From assembly GCF_001949145.1 (NCBI RefSeq), contig NW_019091403.1, positions 806,001 through 868,000 of the forward strand: a stretch of DNA of 62,000 nucleotides, written 5' to 3'. The position numbers and the translations under genes are program-made. Origin of the DNA: Acanthaster planci. Lineage: Eukaryota. Below, one piece after another: positions 13,001 to 25,469 of the stretch. The notes under the pieces are model-generated. The model did no database searches, was not told the origin of the DNA, and worked only from the letters and a program-made list of their open reading frames with translations. Positions within the stretch are counted from its first letter, which is position 1, and each line of letters opens with the position of its first letter.

Positions 13001-15911
13001 CCTGGATGACGCAGATTTCATTTGGAGCCACCGTCATCCGTCCAAACTCTGTATGGATCATCAATGTACCCTGTTGGGGAACTGACATCCCAAAGAAACA
13101 AGATCAACTAATGAGTTGGGAACCCTGTGTTTTGGATTGTGTTTTAGTTCTGCATCTTGAGTAAGTTTTACATATATTTTACAATATTTGAATGCCAGAC
13201 ACCAAACTTACCAATCAAGAAGTCTCCATCTGAATCGTAGAAACACCTGTGGTAAAGTAATTTTTATGAATTAGTGGGTACTAGAAGTTAAATCGAAAGT
13301 AATTTTTGAAGTGTTGCATTTTCACTTCATGAGAGGAACATTTTATACTGTAAAGTAAACTTTCTCTTTTGTGGGGCAGAGTAAAAGGGAAGCACTACAA
13401 CAAACGTTAGAGCTGACAACTCACTTGTTTCCCATGGAGGCATTGCAGGCGTATATATGTATGGCTAGGCCATTACGACTCTTACAATCTCCAGCACCAC
13501 AAACTGTGCTCAAACCCTGCATACGACAACAAAAACACAAGTCAAAGTAGGGCTGAGTTCATTCAAATAATTCACTATTCGAATATTCAACCTTCAATTC
13601 GGTCATACCGGCCAGCAGATTGTTGATGGAAAAAACCATATACAAAAGCAGTTACAATAACGGACACAATTGTACATTATAATCACTATAATAGATTTTC
13701 ATGTCTACCGGTATCTCCAGCCACAATTTAACAAGATTTAAGAGACAAACAATAATTCTTTTCCTGTTGAAAATGTATATTCCATTTAAAGTTTTTAATG
13801 AATAATCTTCTTTTCAAATTGTGAGGTTTTTGTCACTTTTCATTTAAATTTACTTGGAACAAGCCTCTATATTGCAGTTTTTCTCATTTAAAACAAAAGA
13901 AAGTTCTCCTTTCTTTTTAATTGATTTAGCATTTGAATATTCAAATTTGAAAAATAATATTTGAATATTTGATGATCGATCAAATATTCGGTTATTCAGC
14001 ACAGTCTTCAAGAAAAGATGCAGCTGTAGCTCTGGAAGCCTGCTTTAGACCCAGCCTTAAAAAAATGTCTACGCTCCAAGAAATTTTGCCCCTGGTATTG
14101 CCAAAGTGTAGTGACCAAAATATTTTGAGGAAGGTTTTAGCCTGCGAAACCGTAATCTGACAAAACAGTGCTGACCAAACTGCCTTTCTGTGACTTAAAA
14201 TTTCAAGTCAATGTAAATAATGTTGTCCGATTTTCAACAGAATAGCTCTTTACCTCAACAAAGTCTACACTTGCAAACGCAGGGTCAGGAATTGCAAATG
14301 GATGCCAACGCATCTGGGAAAAGAATAAAATGTTATATTTTTACAGATGCCTTTAATATAAATAGCTGTATCATTTATTGGTTTGAGACCCATGACAATA
14401 GAGACTGTTAATGAACTCCAAGCATAATACAGATACCAATCAAATGATTATGACGGATTAATACTCGTTTTCATTATAAATATTCTGACAGAAACATGGT
14501 AGGATTGGCAGCTACATGAACTGAAGGAGGACAAAACCACCACACTGTAAACTTTCACGGATGTTGCCTGACCAGTTTGAAGGGGAGGGGTGGGCATTGG
14601 GGTTCACAGAGTAGGTAGGAACGGACAACATCTTACAATGGAGGGGTTGGGTTGGGCTGAGGGAGGAAGGTTCTCACCGTGACACACCCCTCCACATTCC
14701 CTCCCCCCCTTTCTGTACCTGATTTGGATCTGGATGCCACTCGTCCCAGGCATGCGTCAGATTGCCCTGTGGTACTGGCTCAAATCGGCTGTGGAGGACA
14801 GAGGGTCGGATGCGGTACAGCCAGGTTCGCTTGTTGTGCACCCGAGGTGCCGTGAAGGCCGTGCCGGACAGCTGCTCGGCATAAAGGCCATAAGCACACT
14901 TCTGAGGGTTGTTCTAGGGAAATCATCACACGCAAATCTTTCTTTGAATAAAATACCTCATGAATCATATAGTCAACTCTCAATTTATTAGTAAAGAGCA
15001 TTTTATAAAATAGCTAAACTACATGTAAGCGTAAGTGAAAGTAAAACCTCTGCTGAGGCACACTTCTGCGATTCCAAATCATTTCAACTCCTCAAGGAGT
15101 GGTTAAACTAACTAAAAATGTACAGCTGCAGACAGAGATAGAGTTGAAAGTTTCAATACAGGCTCACATGCATGAACTTGAGAAGAAATCTTTTGGTTTT
15201 TTGGGTAAGGTGGTTGTTTTTTTTACCTGGCCTTTTGGCAGAGCATTCGGGCATCGGGGATCTTCTGAGGCAAATTCATTGCCAAATCCACTCAGGTATT
15301 GGAATACCTTGATGAACAAACAAAATCATGAAAAACAAAAGCACAAATATGATACATGAATAATTTAAAACATGATTGTAAATACCTAAACATGATAAAA
15401 TTAAACATGAGGTAACAACTGACTAGACCTACTGTGCGGTTATTTTCTCCAAATTCTGAGGACTCATCACAATTTACTTTCAGCATGTCATGCATATTCT
15501 CCAATGTCATTCGTAATGACTTAAACTGGGTGTCAAACATCGGGTATCTTTCCGTGTTAAAATTAGACTAGGTTCGTGCTGTACATGTTCTGGGAACAGC
15601 GTGATGTGTCAATAACACGTGTAACGTGAGGCCAAAGTTTCCTTTGGCTTCAACCTAACTGTTGTGTTACTGTTTAATGTCAGCCTATTTCTGATCTTTT
15701 TTTTGATAGTGTTGAACAAGAGTAGTGATAACAGAAAACTCCACATTCCAGCAGAGCACCAACAATTTCCTGTTCAAAATGTCACCTCAAGACTACATGA
15801 AAGAAGCATTGCAGGTCGGTGTTCAGTTTCAAGGAATAAAACCTCAAAAATCAAAGTAAATCGACAACGTTTACAAACCTCAGGTTTCTTGTGATCGGCC
15901 ATATTTGCCAT
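10038..15911 (-). CDS. HGD: Homogentisate 1,2-dioxygenase, 13 coding exons, 444 aa
   Basis: Exons in transcript order: 15911-15879, 15307-15227, 14913-14719, 14313-14254, 13516-13425, 13246-13212, 13081-13002, 12831-12732, 12440-12217, 11657-11531, 11186-11134, 10431-10303, 10163-10038. All introns GT-AG; the frame is continuous over 1335 nt. Motifs [77 protein letters not shown] and [10 protein letters not shown] are diagnostic of HGD, including the Fe-binding His/Glu/His. Confidence 0.97.
11768..11966. mobile_element. piggyBac-type MITE in an HGD intron, with an internal 17-bp tandem repeat
   Basis: TTAA-CCCC left end and GGGG-TCAA right end. (aaacgccggtagacggc) x ~4.5 at 11774-11849. The 3' half is homologous to 41878-42021. 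Confidence 0.7.
13548..14008. mobile_element. hAT-type MITE (TAGGGCTG family), degraded copy in an HGD intron
   Basis: Colinear similarity with 29221-29636 (tagggctgag...aataattcactattc...aatattcaaatttgaaaa...gcacag); no clean target-site duplication. Confidence 0.75.
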
Positions 15912-16760
15912 GCTTGCGTGTTACGTCTGTAGCTGTGTGAGTGCATGCGTGATGACCGTGGTGACCTCTACCGGTAGACAGTTCGCATGCATGCACCATG
16001 ATTGGTCTTAAAAGTGGGCTTGACTAGAGGTGTGTTGAAGGGGGAGGGTGCCCTTAAGTTGGCGCATAGGTGGCCGGGGGGGGGGGGTTAAGGTGGGACT
16101 AATCAATTAAACGTGGTTGTCTACTACCTCCACTAATTAGTGGGGAGAAATCTGTCAGGTTGTGCGTGATTTTTTGCTGTTGGATGTGGGTTATTTCTTA
16201 GGGGGTGGAGTGAGGTGGGGTGGGAGGCAGGGACTTCGGGTAAGGGATGACCTTCACAAGTTTTAAGTCTTTCTGCCCCCCCATAACAGGTGTTACCCGT
16301 AGTATGATGATATGCTAATCTATGACAATGATGATGAATAATGTACATGAATACATACGAACATGCTGCTTTCCCCAGCATGCCGCGTGCCCAGCCCCAT
16401 TTTTAAACAAGCATTTTTAGTCTCTTAGTGTTGATTTTAACTATGGTACATGTAGGTTTTATTTATTTCTTATTTATTTATTCATTCATTTAGTTATGTA
16501 TTTCTTTATCTATGCTTATACTGATGTACAGCGCCTGGAAGCAGCTTGATGGATTGGGCGCTTTATAAATGTCAATTATTATTATTTATTATTTTTGTCG
16601 CTGAGGGCAGTATATAGCTTACGCAGATGCGCTTGAATTCTTTACGGCGCCGTCACTGTTACGTCGTCTCACGAGCGATGTGCCGCGTTGCCACGCCGTG
16701 CACGTGTCATTGGTTGTAACGTTGAAGAAGTCACACTAATTCTCACTAAAATCGGACAAA
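15912..16760. promoter_or_regulatory. Divergent promoter region between HGD and CMSS1
   Basis: Start codons ~850 bp apart; CCAAT boxes (attgg near 16000 and 16710), E-box cacgtg at 16701 and a TGACCG-tgg-TGACCT direct repeat at 15953-15967. Confidence 0.6.
16455..16591 (+). mobile_element. 3' tail of an L2-type LINE or SINE
   Basis: tgtacagcgcc...gggcgctttataaat...(tta)n tail, the typical L2 3' end. Confidence 0.55.
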
Positions 16761-19515
16761 ATGGGAGATGACCTAGGCGACGAATGGTGGTTGGATGATG
16801 CTAAGAAATCGTCAGACACAAGCAGTGATGAAGACGAAAATAGAGGCAAGTGATCCACATGCACAAATGAGTGAGGGCGCTGTTCATTTAGGAACTCATT
16901 TGCTCTAGCTCTCTATTTAACTTCCAATTTCAATTTTTTTTTTAATTTCAAGTGAAGCCAATATTTAATTCATTGAAATAAGGCACGAATAAGAAAAAAG
17001 ATTTCACGAAAATGTGGATTTCAAGCAAGTTTTCAGTCAAAATCCACACTCTTTTTGTGTACAAAAAAATCACAGTTTGCTCTGCATCACACATCTACAA
17101 AAAATGTCCCAAAACATCTCAAAATAGCCTTACTTTAAATCAGTATTTCTTTGCTTTGCAGGCACCGATGGAATCCAAACTTATATCAAAATGTTGCTCA
17201 TGACCTCCTCTCCAAGATCAAGTCCAAAAGAAAACAGAAAAAATAGTTAAAAAATTTATGAGCCTATATTGCAGCATTTTCCTGAACATGCGTCAACTGT
17301 AGCAAACTGTGGGGCTCGTCGTCCGCCACGCTCCCACTCTGCAGTTCTGGGGGTACAGTAACTAACAACACGGCCCTGGCACAACTTAAAATTGCTTTAT
17401 TTTTTATATAGTTTTAATCTTGATGAAGAACTAATTTTGTTCCTCTGTTTTTCTCAAACAGTGAAAGGAACTGCAAAAGGTAGGATTACGCAGTCTGATA
17501 AAACTGAGTTTTCCAAAGTATCACCAACAAAAAGGAAAGCAGAGGAAGATGTATTAAGCCAGAAGAAAACGAAAAGGAAACGTCGAACTAAGGTAAGAAT
17601 GCATTTGTTGATCCTAGTCATGCCAGATCTATTGCATGTATTTCCTTTGAGTTTACATTTCATGGACGATGGGGTGCCGGAGCAAATCCGATCTATGCAT
17701 TGTTAACGCTTACTTTTTATTAAGAACATGTTAAAAGCATATTTTGGTCAAAAATTGTCCTCAGTAATGTTTCTTATAATTCTATTATATTCCAAGGTAA
17801 TTGCATTTGGGGGGGGATTTTAATATTCTCTTCTGTCGTTTATTTTCCTAATGACTTTCAGCAAAAAATTAGTGAGCATCTCTCTAAAAGTGCACCCATG
17901 CCGGCGACAGTGGGGGATGTGATGGCGAAAATGGAGCAACACTTTAAGGAGAAACTGTCTCCTATTGAGCTTGATGATCTTCAACTGAATGGTAAAACAA
18001 TTTTCTATGATTGAAGAAGTCACAAAGCATTACGTTTGTACCATCTGGAATCTTAGATTGGGGCTTTGAGTGTGTGAATTTTACTTGAAATAATGACGAT
18101 CCCAGTATAGCAAGTATTTGTGGATGAGTTAATCTCCAAGCATAAAGTTTTAACAATTTATTTTCAACTAGTTTGTTTCTAAAATGTTTAGGAATTGCGT
18201 GTTTGATTTTGGTTTGTCTTATCCCTCATGAAAATGTTTTCTTTTTCACCATACATCAAAAAAGACGCAAATTGTAGGAATTGTTTCTGCATTTCCTTAT
18301 GGGCTTTGGACCTCCCCCTTCTTGGAAATGTTTGGAAAACATAACATCACAATATTGTTTGTCCATCCTAACTGCAGAAGGAATTTTCCTCTTTTGTTTA
18401 ACTCACAACCTTCGCCTTTTTCACCGATGACAGATTAATCTTGTCCTTTTTCTACAGAATCCCACTTTCTGTCACCCAACCTTTCCTCTCAGCCTCTGTC
18501 TACCTACCTGGAGTCTGCCATTCTGAACTGGCGGAGAGATATTGAGGCAAAGCGACCCAAAGCCGCCAAGACCTGCCTCCTGCTTCTGCTTACTGCGTCA
18601 GCCAGGAGGGCGGTGGATCTCAACCGAGAGGCGGCCGCATTCAAGGGCAAGCAGTGCGTCAGCGCCAAACTGTTCTCCAAGCACATGAAGGTAAAACAAA
18701 ACCAGACCTGTACTGTCTGGACTGCGTCCTACCTGGGGCACTATGCAAACCAGCTGTCAGACTCACCACATTTTTCCAACTCTAAATTTTCTGTCTGGCA
18801 CTGGTTTCATCTTATGCCTCAGAGTCAGTTCTGGCCAGGGGCATAGGGAAGGCATTTTCTTGGGGGGGGGGGCCAGTACCAGAGTCAATTTGCCGACTTG
18901 TGACTTATTTGCCAACCTCGTGTCATATAAAATAGAAATCCCAGGTACACTACATTTCATGCTTCAGGGGTAATGCTGATGGCCAAGGTATATCATTTAT
19001 GTTGGATTCATTTGCTGACCAAAGCCCTATTTGCCAAATAAATTAATTATTGGGGGTAGCGCACCCCCAGCTCCCCCTGCCATTGCTATGACCCTGGTTC
19101 TGGTTGCATTTTACTCCAATTAGGCATGTACCACCACTGTAGCATTTCCCTCTGCCAGTGACACACAGTGGACAAAATCCACCTCCACTGCCCTTTGCCC
19201 TCAAGTCAAAGCATCATGTTGAGCCTAATAATCTCTCTGTCCTGGCCTCAGATCCAAGATCAGGCAGATTTCTTGGCCAAGAACCGAGTTCAGTTTGCAG
19301 TGGGGACGCCCAACCGAATCGCCGCCCTGCTCCAGCAAGATGTGCTGAACCTCGCAGGCACCCGATACCTCGTCCTCGACTGGAACTGGCGTGACGTGAA
19401 GTTCAAACGCATGTGCGATATCCCCGAACTCAAGACGGACTTGTTTGGGCTGTTTGAGAAGTACGTCATCCCTCAAGCCAAGACTGGAGACAGACTGAAA
19501 ATTGGAATATTTTAA
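16761..19515 (+). CDS. CMSS1: Protein CMSS1 (Cms1 ribosomal small subunit homolog, DEAD-box-like domain), 5 exons, 280 aa
   Basis: Exons 16761-16845 (GC donor), 17462-17592, 17862-17991, 18458-18690, 19252-19515; 843 nt in frame. N-terminal MGDDLGDEWW, AKLFSKHMK, AVGTPNRIAALL and LVLDWNWRDVKFKRMCDIPE match CMSS1. Confidence 0.93.
18836..19096. mobile_element. hAT-type MITE in CMSS1 intron 4
   Basis: Inverted ends caggggcatag / ctatgaccctg (10/11 match) with flanking 8-mers gttctggc / gttctggt (7/8 duplication). Confidence 0.8.
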
Positions 19516-19967
19516 CAGGAACACTTTTGAAGCTTGATGGAAATACTACTGGAGGAAGGATAGTGATTAATCTGGAACAAGTTTCTCATTTGGCCCTGAT
19601 TTAATTATCAAGTTGGCCACGCATACACTCACTGTGGGCTGTACATGTGTGCTTACATATATTCTCATATTTTTGATCAATAAAATTGTATATTCATGAT
19701 GAAATGCTGTTACTGTTTTGTATATTGTGCCTGGGTAAAAGTGGGCTTTGATTTGGAGTTGCCCAGAAAATGGGTTTTTTTCTCCATTTCCCAACTAAAT
19801 TATAAATTCTTGTTGAATTGTCGTATTTATGGAAATTATTCTCAAGGATTGAAGTTTGGCTGGGGTAGGGAGGGAGTTGAGGGAACTTCCAACATGGTTG
19901 TGAGAGCAAAGAATTTCTGATTTAAATTGTTTTTTGTGTGTTTCATTTTCTGACGGTTAACAATTTG

Positions 19968-20092
19968 GGTGATTCACAATAGTGCGCCTCCGAGAGTTTG
20001 CAACACGTTGGCCAATCAAAACGCACAAAATCTGTCAACCCTTTAGAAACGCGTATTGTGTCGACATATTTCGCGAATTGTGATTGGGCAAT
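19968..20092. repeat. Dispersed semi-palindromic repeat, copy 2
   Basis: ggtgattcacaatagtgcgcctccgagagtttgcaacacgttggccaa matches both ends of the 8745-8872 copy. Confidence 0.65.
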
Positions 20093-20907
20093 GCACTGTT
20101 CTGAAATGTCCATATTACTGTACAATTAATTTGCTAAATAAAAACAAGATTCATGGAATCGTTTCTCCAAGAATACATAAACCTTAGAAAAATTTAATTC
20201 CAGAAAGCTTAGAGTTCTGGCTTAAGGTTTTTCTTTTGCTGTTCGGAGTGGCAAGAGGTAGATTAGATGGCATAACCATCCTAACTGTGTAAAACGGCTT
20301 GTGTCTTAACAGCTATGACCCTCAGAAATACTTGTTTGTTGGTAGTGAGAATACATCCCTTCGCCTGACTCCGCCCACTGTTTTCTCTTTGGATGTTATA
20401 TAGCGCCCTCTATTGTTGAAAGTTTACGACGAGCACTACACTTTGAGTAGCATTCTCCTCGTAGAATTCTTTCTCATTTTCGAACCCTGGTGGACAGTAC
20501 TGAAATTTGTGGATTTGGCGTTCGTGTTGCTGAGCTTTTGCGGCTGTCAATTCTTTCCAAAGTGAGTAGTTTTGAACTTCAGTTTCTGTGTACTAGTATT
20601 CAAAATTCTGTCAATCACGTTTCCAAATGATATAGGCCTACACTGTCATTACTAGTCATGACTGTGGAACTCGACTAGGCCTTGGGCTAGGCCCTAGCGC
20701 CTCTTTTTCTTTCAGACAAGTCTCATGCTAGGTTTGTGCACAGGGCATCAAGTATGTGTTGTCCATCTGTGGAACTGTTTCTGAATTGATTTTGGCAAAA
20801 GTTGAGTTTAGCATGAAAACCTGCTTCATCACCAAACTTCATGTTGTTCTTTCCAAGGAATACCTCAAAAATAGAATTCAAGGCAACAGAGAGGGGAAAT
20901 TGCAATT

Positions 20908-23120
20908 ATGTCAGAGGTCAAGGATGTGGCTACATCAGTTCGATCGCCTCGGACAGAAGTCTTCAATTTTGGACCATGGGCTATCACATCAACGAAGGGA
21001 CACATATTGAAATCTTTGCAACTGGAGAGGTTTGTAGTAAAGAAATATGCAGACTGGACTTCCATGAGTCTCTGGAATTAGCTGTAGGCAAAATGTCTAT
21101 TTAAATTTTGTGATAATCTTGAACTTTCTCTGAACACGAAAATGTTACACCTGTTGCTATATGCAGAATATACCAAACTGTGTTATGTACTATCAAACCA
21201 CATGAATACCTAAAATTAATTATGTCTTCTTGCAAAAATGTGGAGAAAAGGATAAAAGGCAAATAAAAATTGATTGTGAATCATAAAAAGAAAGAGATAA
21301 ACCGTAACCATTCTGAATCCAACAAGCATGTGCATGATTTCAATGGTCCCTGGGAGTTAGGGTTTAAGTTCATATTCAACTCTTCTTGGCTTATGTAGGT
21401 ATCATCAAGAACTGGAACTGCCTCAGTTGCCCGAGATGATCTTTGGAGACAATGTGCTGAGGATCATGAACGTTGGTGGTTATGGCATTGAGTTCAATGC
21501 ATTCGACTCCTTGAAACGTGTTGACGCTCACAATGACCCCATCAAAGTTGCCGCCGCACAGAAGTGGCAAGAGGCAAGGTGTGTGGTAAGGGTGTGGAGA
21601 CTTGGACTGTGTCCAGATCGATCAGCTGTGGCTCAGAGAAACACATGCCTATGGGAAATGGCTACTGCTGCTTGCCCAGTGGCTTCCATTGGAGCAGGTG
21701 TTGTTCCCAGCAGTAGCCACAACTTTTGGACATAGCACAGTCAGTAATCTTCCTACCTCATTGTCTGCATTGTTCAAAATCCTTTTGATAGTTCACTTCC
21801 AAAAGACTGTGTTTGCTGTTCAACATTTTCTTACGACGTAAGTGATAGCTTTTTGTATAGTAATGAAAGAACTTTTTCGTTCTGAGTAACAGCTCTGGTT
21901 GGTAGAGGGTTTAACAGATGAGCAGATCTGTATTCATGAGGAGCTCTTGACTAATCTCAAACCTGTTTTTGTTTTCTGGACATTGTTCAGAAGCGACTGC
22001 GAGTTCATCAAGAAGGTTGTCAAGCCCTTTGACTGGACTTTCACCACGGACTACAAGGGAACTCTCCTTGGAGACTTACAGGTGACTTTCATCAACAATT
22101 ACTAATCTAACTCGACAGTGAGTTGCGTTTATACCAAGGCTTTTTCCTTATTGGGACTGTTATCCTCAATAGAGGTCTTTCTTTTAGCCCAGTTGGCCGT
22201 TTCAAGTTATTTCAACAGCTGTGGAGAATTGGAAGTGATAGTTGTGTTCATGTGTCACTATACAGGAATCCTCAACAGATCAAAGGATAAACATGGAGAA
22301 GCTGAAAGTGCGAGAGAAGATCCACTTCTACGAGGAGATGACCCTGTTTGAAGATGAGCTCGCTGACAATGGCTGTGCATCGCTCATAGTGAAAATGGTA
22401 AGATATGTCTCCATGCAGTCCTGTGTAAAACGAACACTGTACATTGTCTCTTCTTTCAATGCAGTGAAATTCAACTTTGTGTTTTGGGAACACTGAACAT
22501 TCTGTGTGAATTTTTTTGTGATTTTTTCCCGACTCAGAGAGTTATGCAGTCCTGTTTCTTCATTTTGCTGAGGTTCTTTCTTCGCGTGGATGATGTTCTG
22601 ATCAGGATCAACGATACCAGAATCTACCATGAGGTAAGGTTAAGATTGTCTTCGGTCTTCCTATACCCATCAAAAGCCATCAAGTTTTATAGATTTTGAT
22701 GGATTGGGAATTTGTCCTTCCGATGTGCTTTGATGTAGACCTAGGGAAACCAAACTCTACCATGTATGCGTGTGTGTGACGTATCTTACAATATCAAACA
22801 AATTTTCCACACTTTTAGCCTTGCAACGAGGAATTTCACTATTTTTGACTTACAATGTGGACACTTGGTTCATCGAGTTGAGATTTGAAATTCATTGTGC
22901 CCACCAATTTTGCCCTTTCAACAATTTAAATTTGGTTTCGTTGCAGGCTGGGGCAAGTTACATCCTTCGGGAGTTCACTTCAAGAGAAAAGAGCATATCG
23001 GACCTGAAAGTTGAACCGTCGCTTTACACGAACCCAACCGAGATAGCTGAACACCTGAATGTCACAGTTGAACAGTTTGACCGAATAGACTTCCCGGCAA
23101 TCGACAGTGAAATGACGTGA
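20908..23120 (+). CDS. TIPRL: TIP41-like protein (PP2A-family regulator), 6 coding exons, 264 aa
   Basis: Exons 20908-21029, 21399-21578, 21991-22081, 22266-22397, 22538-22633, 22947-23120; 795 nt in frame. Motifs [42 protein letters not shown] and [19 protein letters not shown] probable non-coding first exon ends at 20561 (donor gtgagt). Confidence 0.95.
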
Positions 23121-25469
23121 CAAACGAAATTAGTGATTCCTCTCCAGATTTTTGTGGATTCTCATAGAAGTTTTTAGATTTCAGAAATTATGTGCCACGG
23201 GAGAAGGCAGCGTAACTGCATCAAGCACAGGTTGTTGAGGGCGCTTCACTTTACTCGCAGTCAGAGCTGCCCATGGTGTCATTGTGTCCGATGCGAGCTA
23301 GATGCTTATTGATCTGCAGAAATTTAATGCCTGCTTAATGTGATAACCTGTGAATGTTGTCATAGCATACACTTTCCATTTTTTTTTAAACGTTAATGGC
23401 GCATTTGTCATATTGGCTTTTGGCGCAGGAATATCTGAGGCAGTTGGATAATTTTACACTCTTCAAATTAATAATGGAGAAGGCATTCTGGAAAAAGGCA
23501 CAGTGTGTTGAAATTAAACCCATAATGACCAGACTTACGACTTATTTTGTCACCGATGTGTGTATATGAGATATTAGAGTGCATATATTAGACGCTTCTC
23601 TTTTTCTGTTGATTTTAGACTTTGTGAATGTCTTACAAACCATGCAACACTGTCTTGAATACCCATGGACAATGAACTATCAGACTGAATTCAAGAATGT
23701 GTCATATGTCATGTCTAATAAAATATCAATTCCGACAAAGTTTGGCGGTTACTTGGGATCATTTTTATTCAATACATTCATTCACAGTCTAGCCGTATGT
23801 TTGGCAGGTGGCATCTGGTCACGTCGAGTTGCATGACATTCCTCTCTCCCTAGGCATTTGTTGAGGTAGCTGCTTAGATTTGCCAAAATATAAATAGTAA
23901 ACGAAGTAATGGAAAAGTGAGAAACAGCACTTCAACAACTTTGAGACTTGCAAGGCCCAAAGCAACAGTAGCCAGTGGAAATAAACCAAATGCTGAAAAT
24001 GCAGGTGCTTGGCTGTACAAAAAGTAAATGCAAGGAACGTCAAGCAGACATTTTCACTAAATAATGCTAGATTTGTTTTATAGGAAGTACAGCTCATTTT
24101 GCGTATGTTTTTAACATTGCCATGCAACAGAATCGCGTCCAATTGATTGATTTTTTTATGTATATACAAATGTGCATTATGTTCAAACAACTAAAATAAA
24201 GTTATAAATTACAGGTTTGGGATATTAAAAGGGTAATGTTTACAGCAAAATATGACGGGCTATTCTCTCCACTGACTGAATTAAAAAAGTAGGGCAATCT
24301 AAGGACTAAAATAGCTACAAAAATTTGGAAGAGGGCCATAAACTGGGTTTATTAAATGCATTACTTGCTAGAAGTTATTTACACTATTTACTCCGATACC
24401 AAAAATTCCATATCAATTAGTCTAACTGGGGGTATTTCATTTGATTTTGTCATATATGAGTTGGTCTATCAGATATTTTTTGACAAAATTACTTTCTGAG
24501 CCCTTTAACATCTAAATTTTAATAATTGCATAATTTGGAAAGCTTGAATTAAATTTAAAAATAAGTATTATTCGCAATATTAAACTTCCCCTGAAAAGAT
24601 TGATCGCAATATCATTGTTGGTCCCAATTTATCGTTTATTTTATCAATCACTATTTTCTTTCTGCCAGTGTCATGTGACTAGATGTTAGATTGGGCCAGA
24701 CCTGGACTTCATACTGATTTGACGCCTAGCAAATCTGATTGCTTAAAAAGCTGTGAGCTGAATGGTAATTGCGCCATATAATGGCAAATGTTTCATGGCA
24801 AATGAAGTATAAACAGTCAACAGAAAGCAATCTGTCAATAATACTGCAAAAACTGGAAGAGTCTGTTGGAATTAAAAAAAACGAATCTTATCAGAAGGTA
24901 TTTGACAAGGTTATTTTGCGTCATTTTGCAGTATGAATTGCTTTTAATGACTGTGATAATAGATTTTTTTGATGTCATATTTTCTATCGATTGTAAAGAG
25001 TTTTTGTAGTCATTGCACTTTTGTTCAATATTCATGGGATTCAGTGTTTATTTTTTACATTCTTAATGTTGTTTCAGATAGCTGTGAGAACAACACATGG
25101 AAGAGTGTACAGATTCGGATAAATGACAGATAAACTTGGAAAATGGGAAATGTGGAAACTGTTCACATTGAAACATTCTCAAGCAATTTTCTTAAAAATA
25201 GCACCCTCCTGAATCGTTTTTAATGTGCATTTCACAGCAAAAATTTGTTTTCCTCTAGCCAATGACTGGTAATACGTAGTCTATCACAGGAGATGTCTGT
25301 GTCCATCTGTGAAAAACATCCGCTATGTTTCAAAACGTCTTCCAGAAACGAGAACCTTTTGCATTACTTCAAGCCAACGCAAGCTTCCTATCTCTGCAGG
25401 TTGCTAAAAAAACTCTGAGAAACCATGTACAGCTGAACAGAGCGGCTTTTTTACCAAAAGAATAAACGT

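Noticed and set aside
17162..17245. Cassette exon in CMSS1 intron 1
   Set aside because: Good acceptor and frame-preserving, but the donor is weak and the protein is already ortholog-sized without it.
23800..25460. Harbinger transposase partner gene
   Set aside because: No DDE_Tnp_4 motifs (GAIDG/CTH, GS.HD, GD.GY, ER.FG.LK) recognised; AT-rich non-coding sequence.
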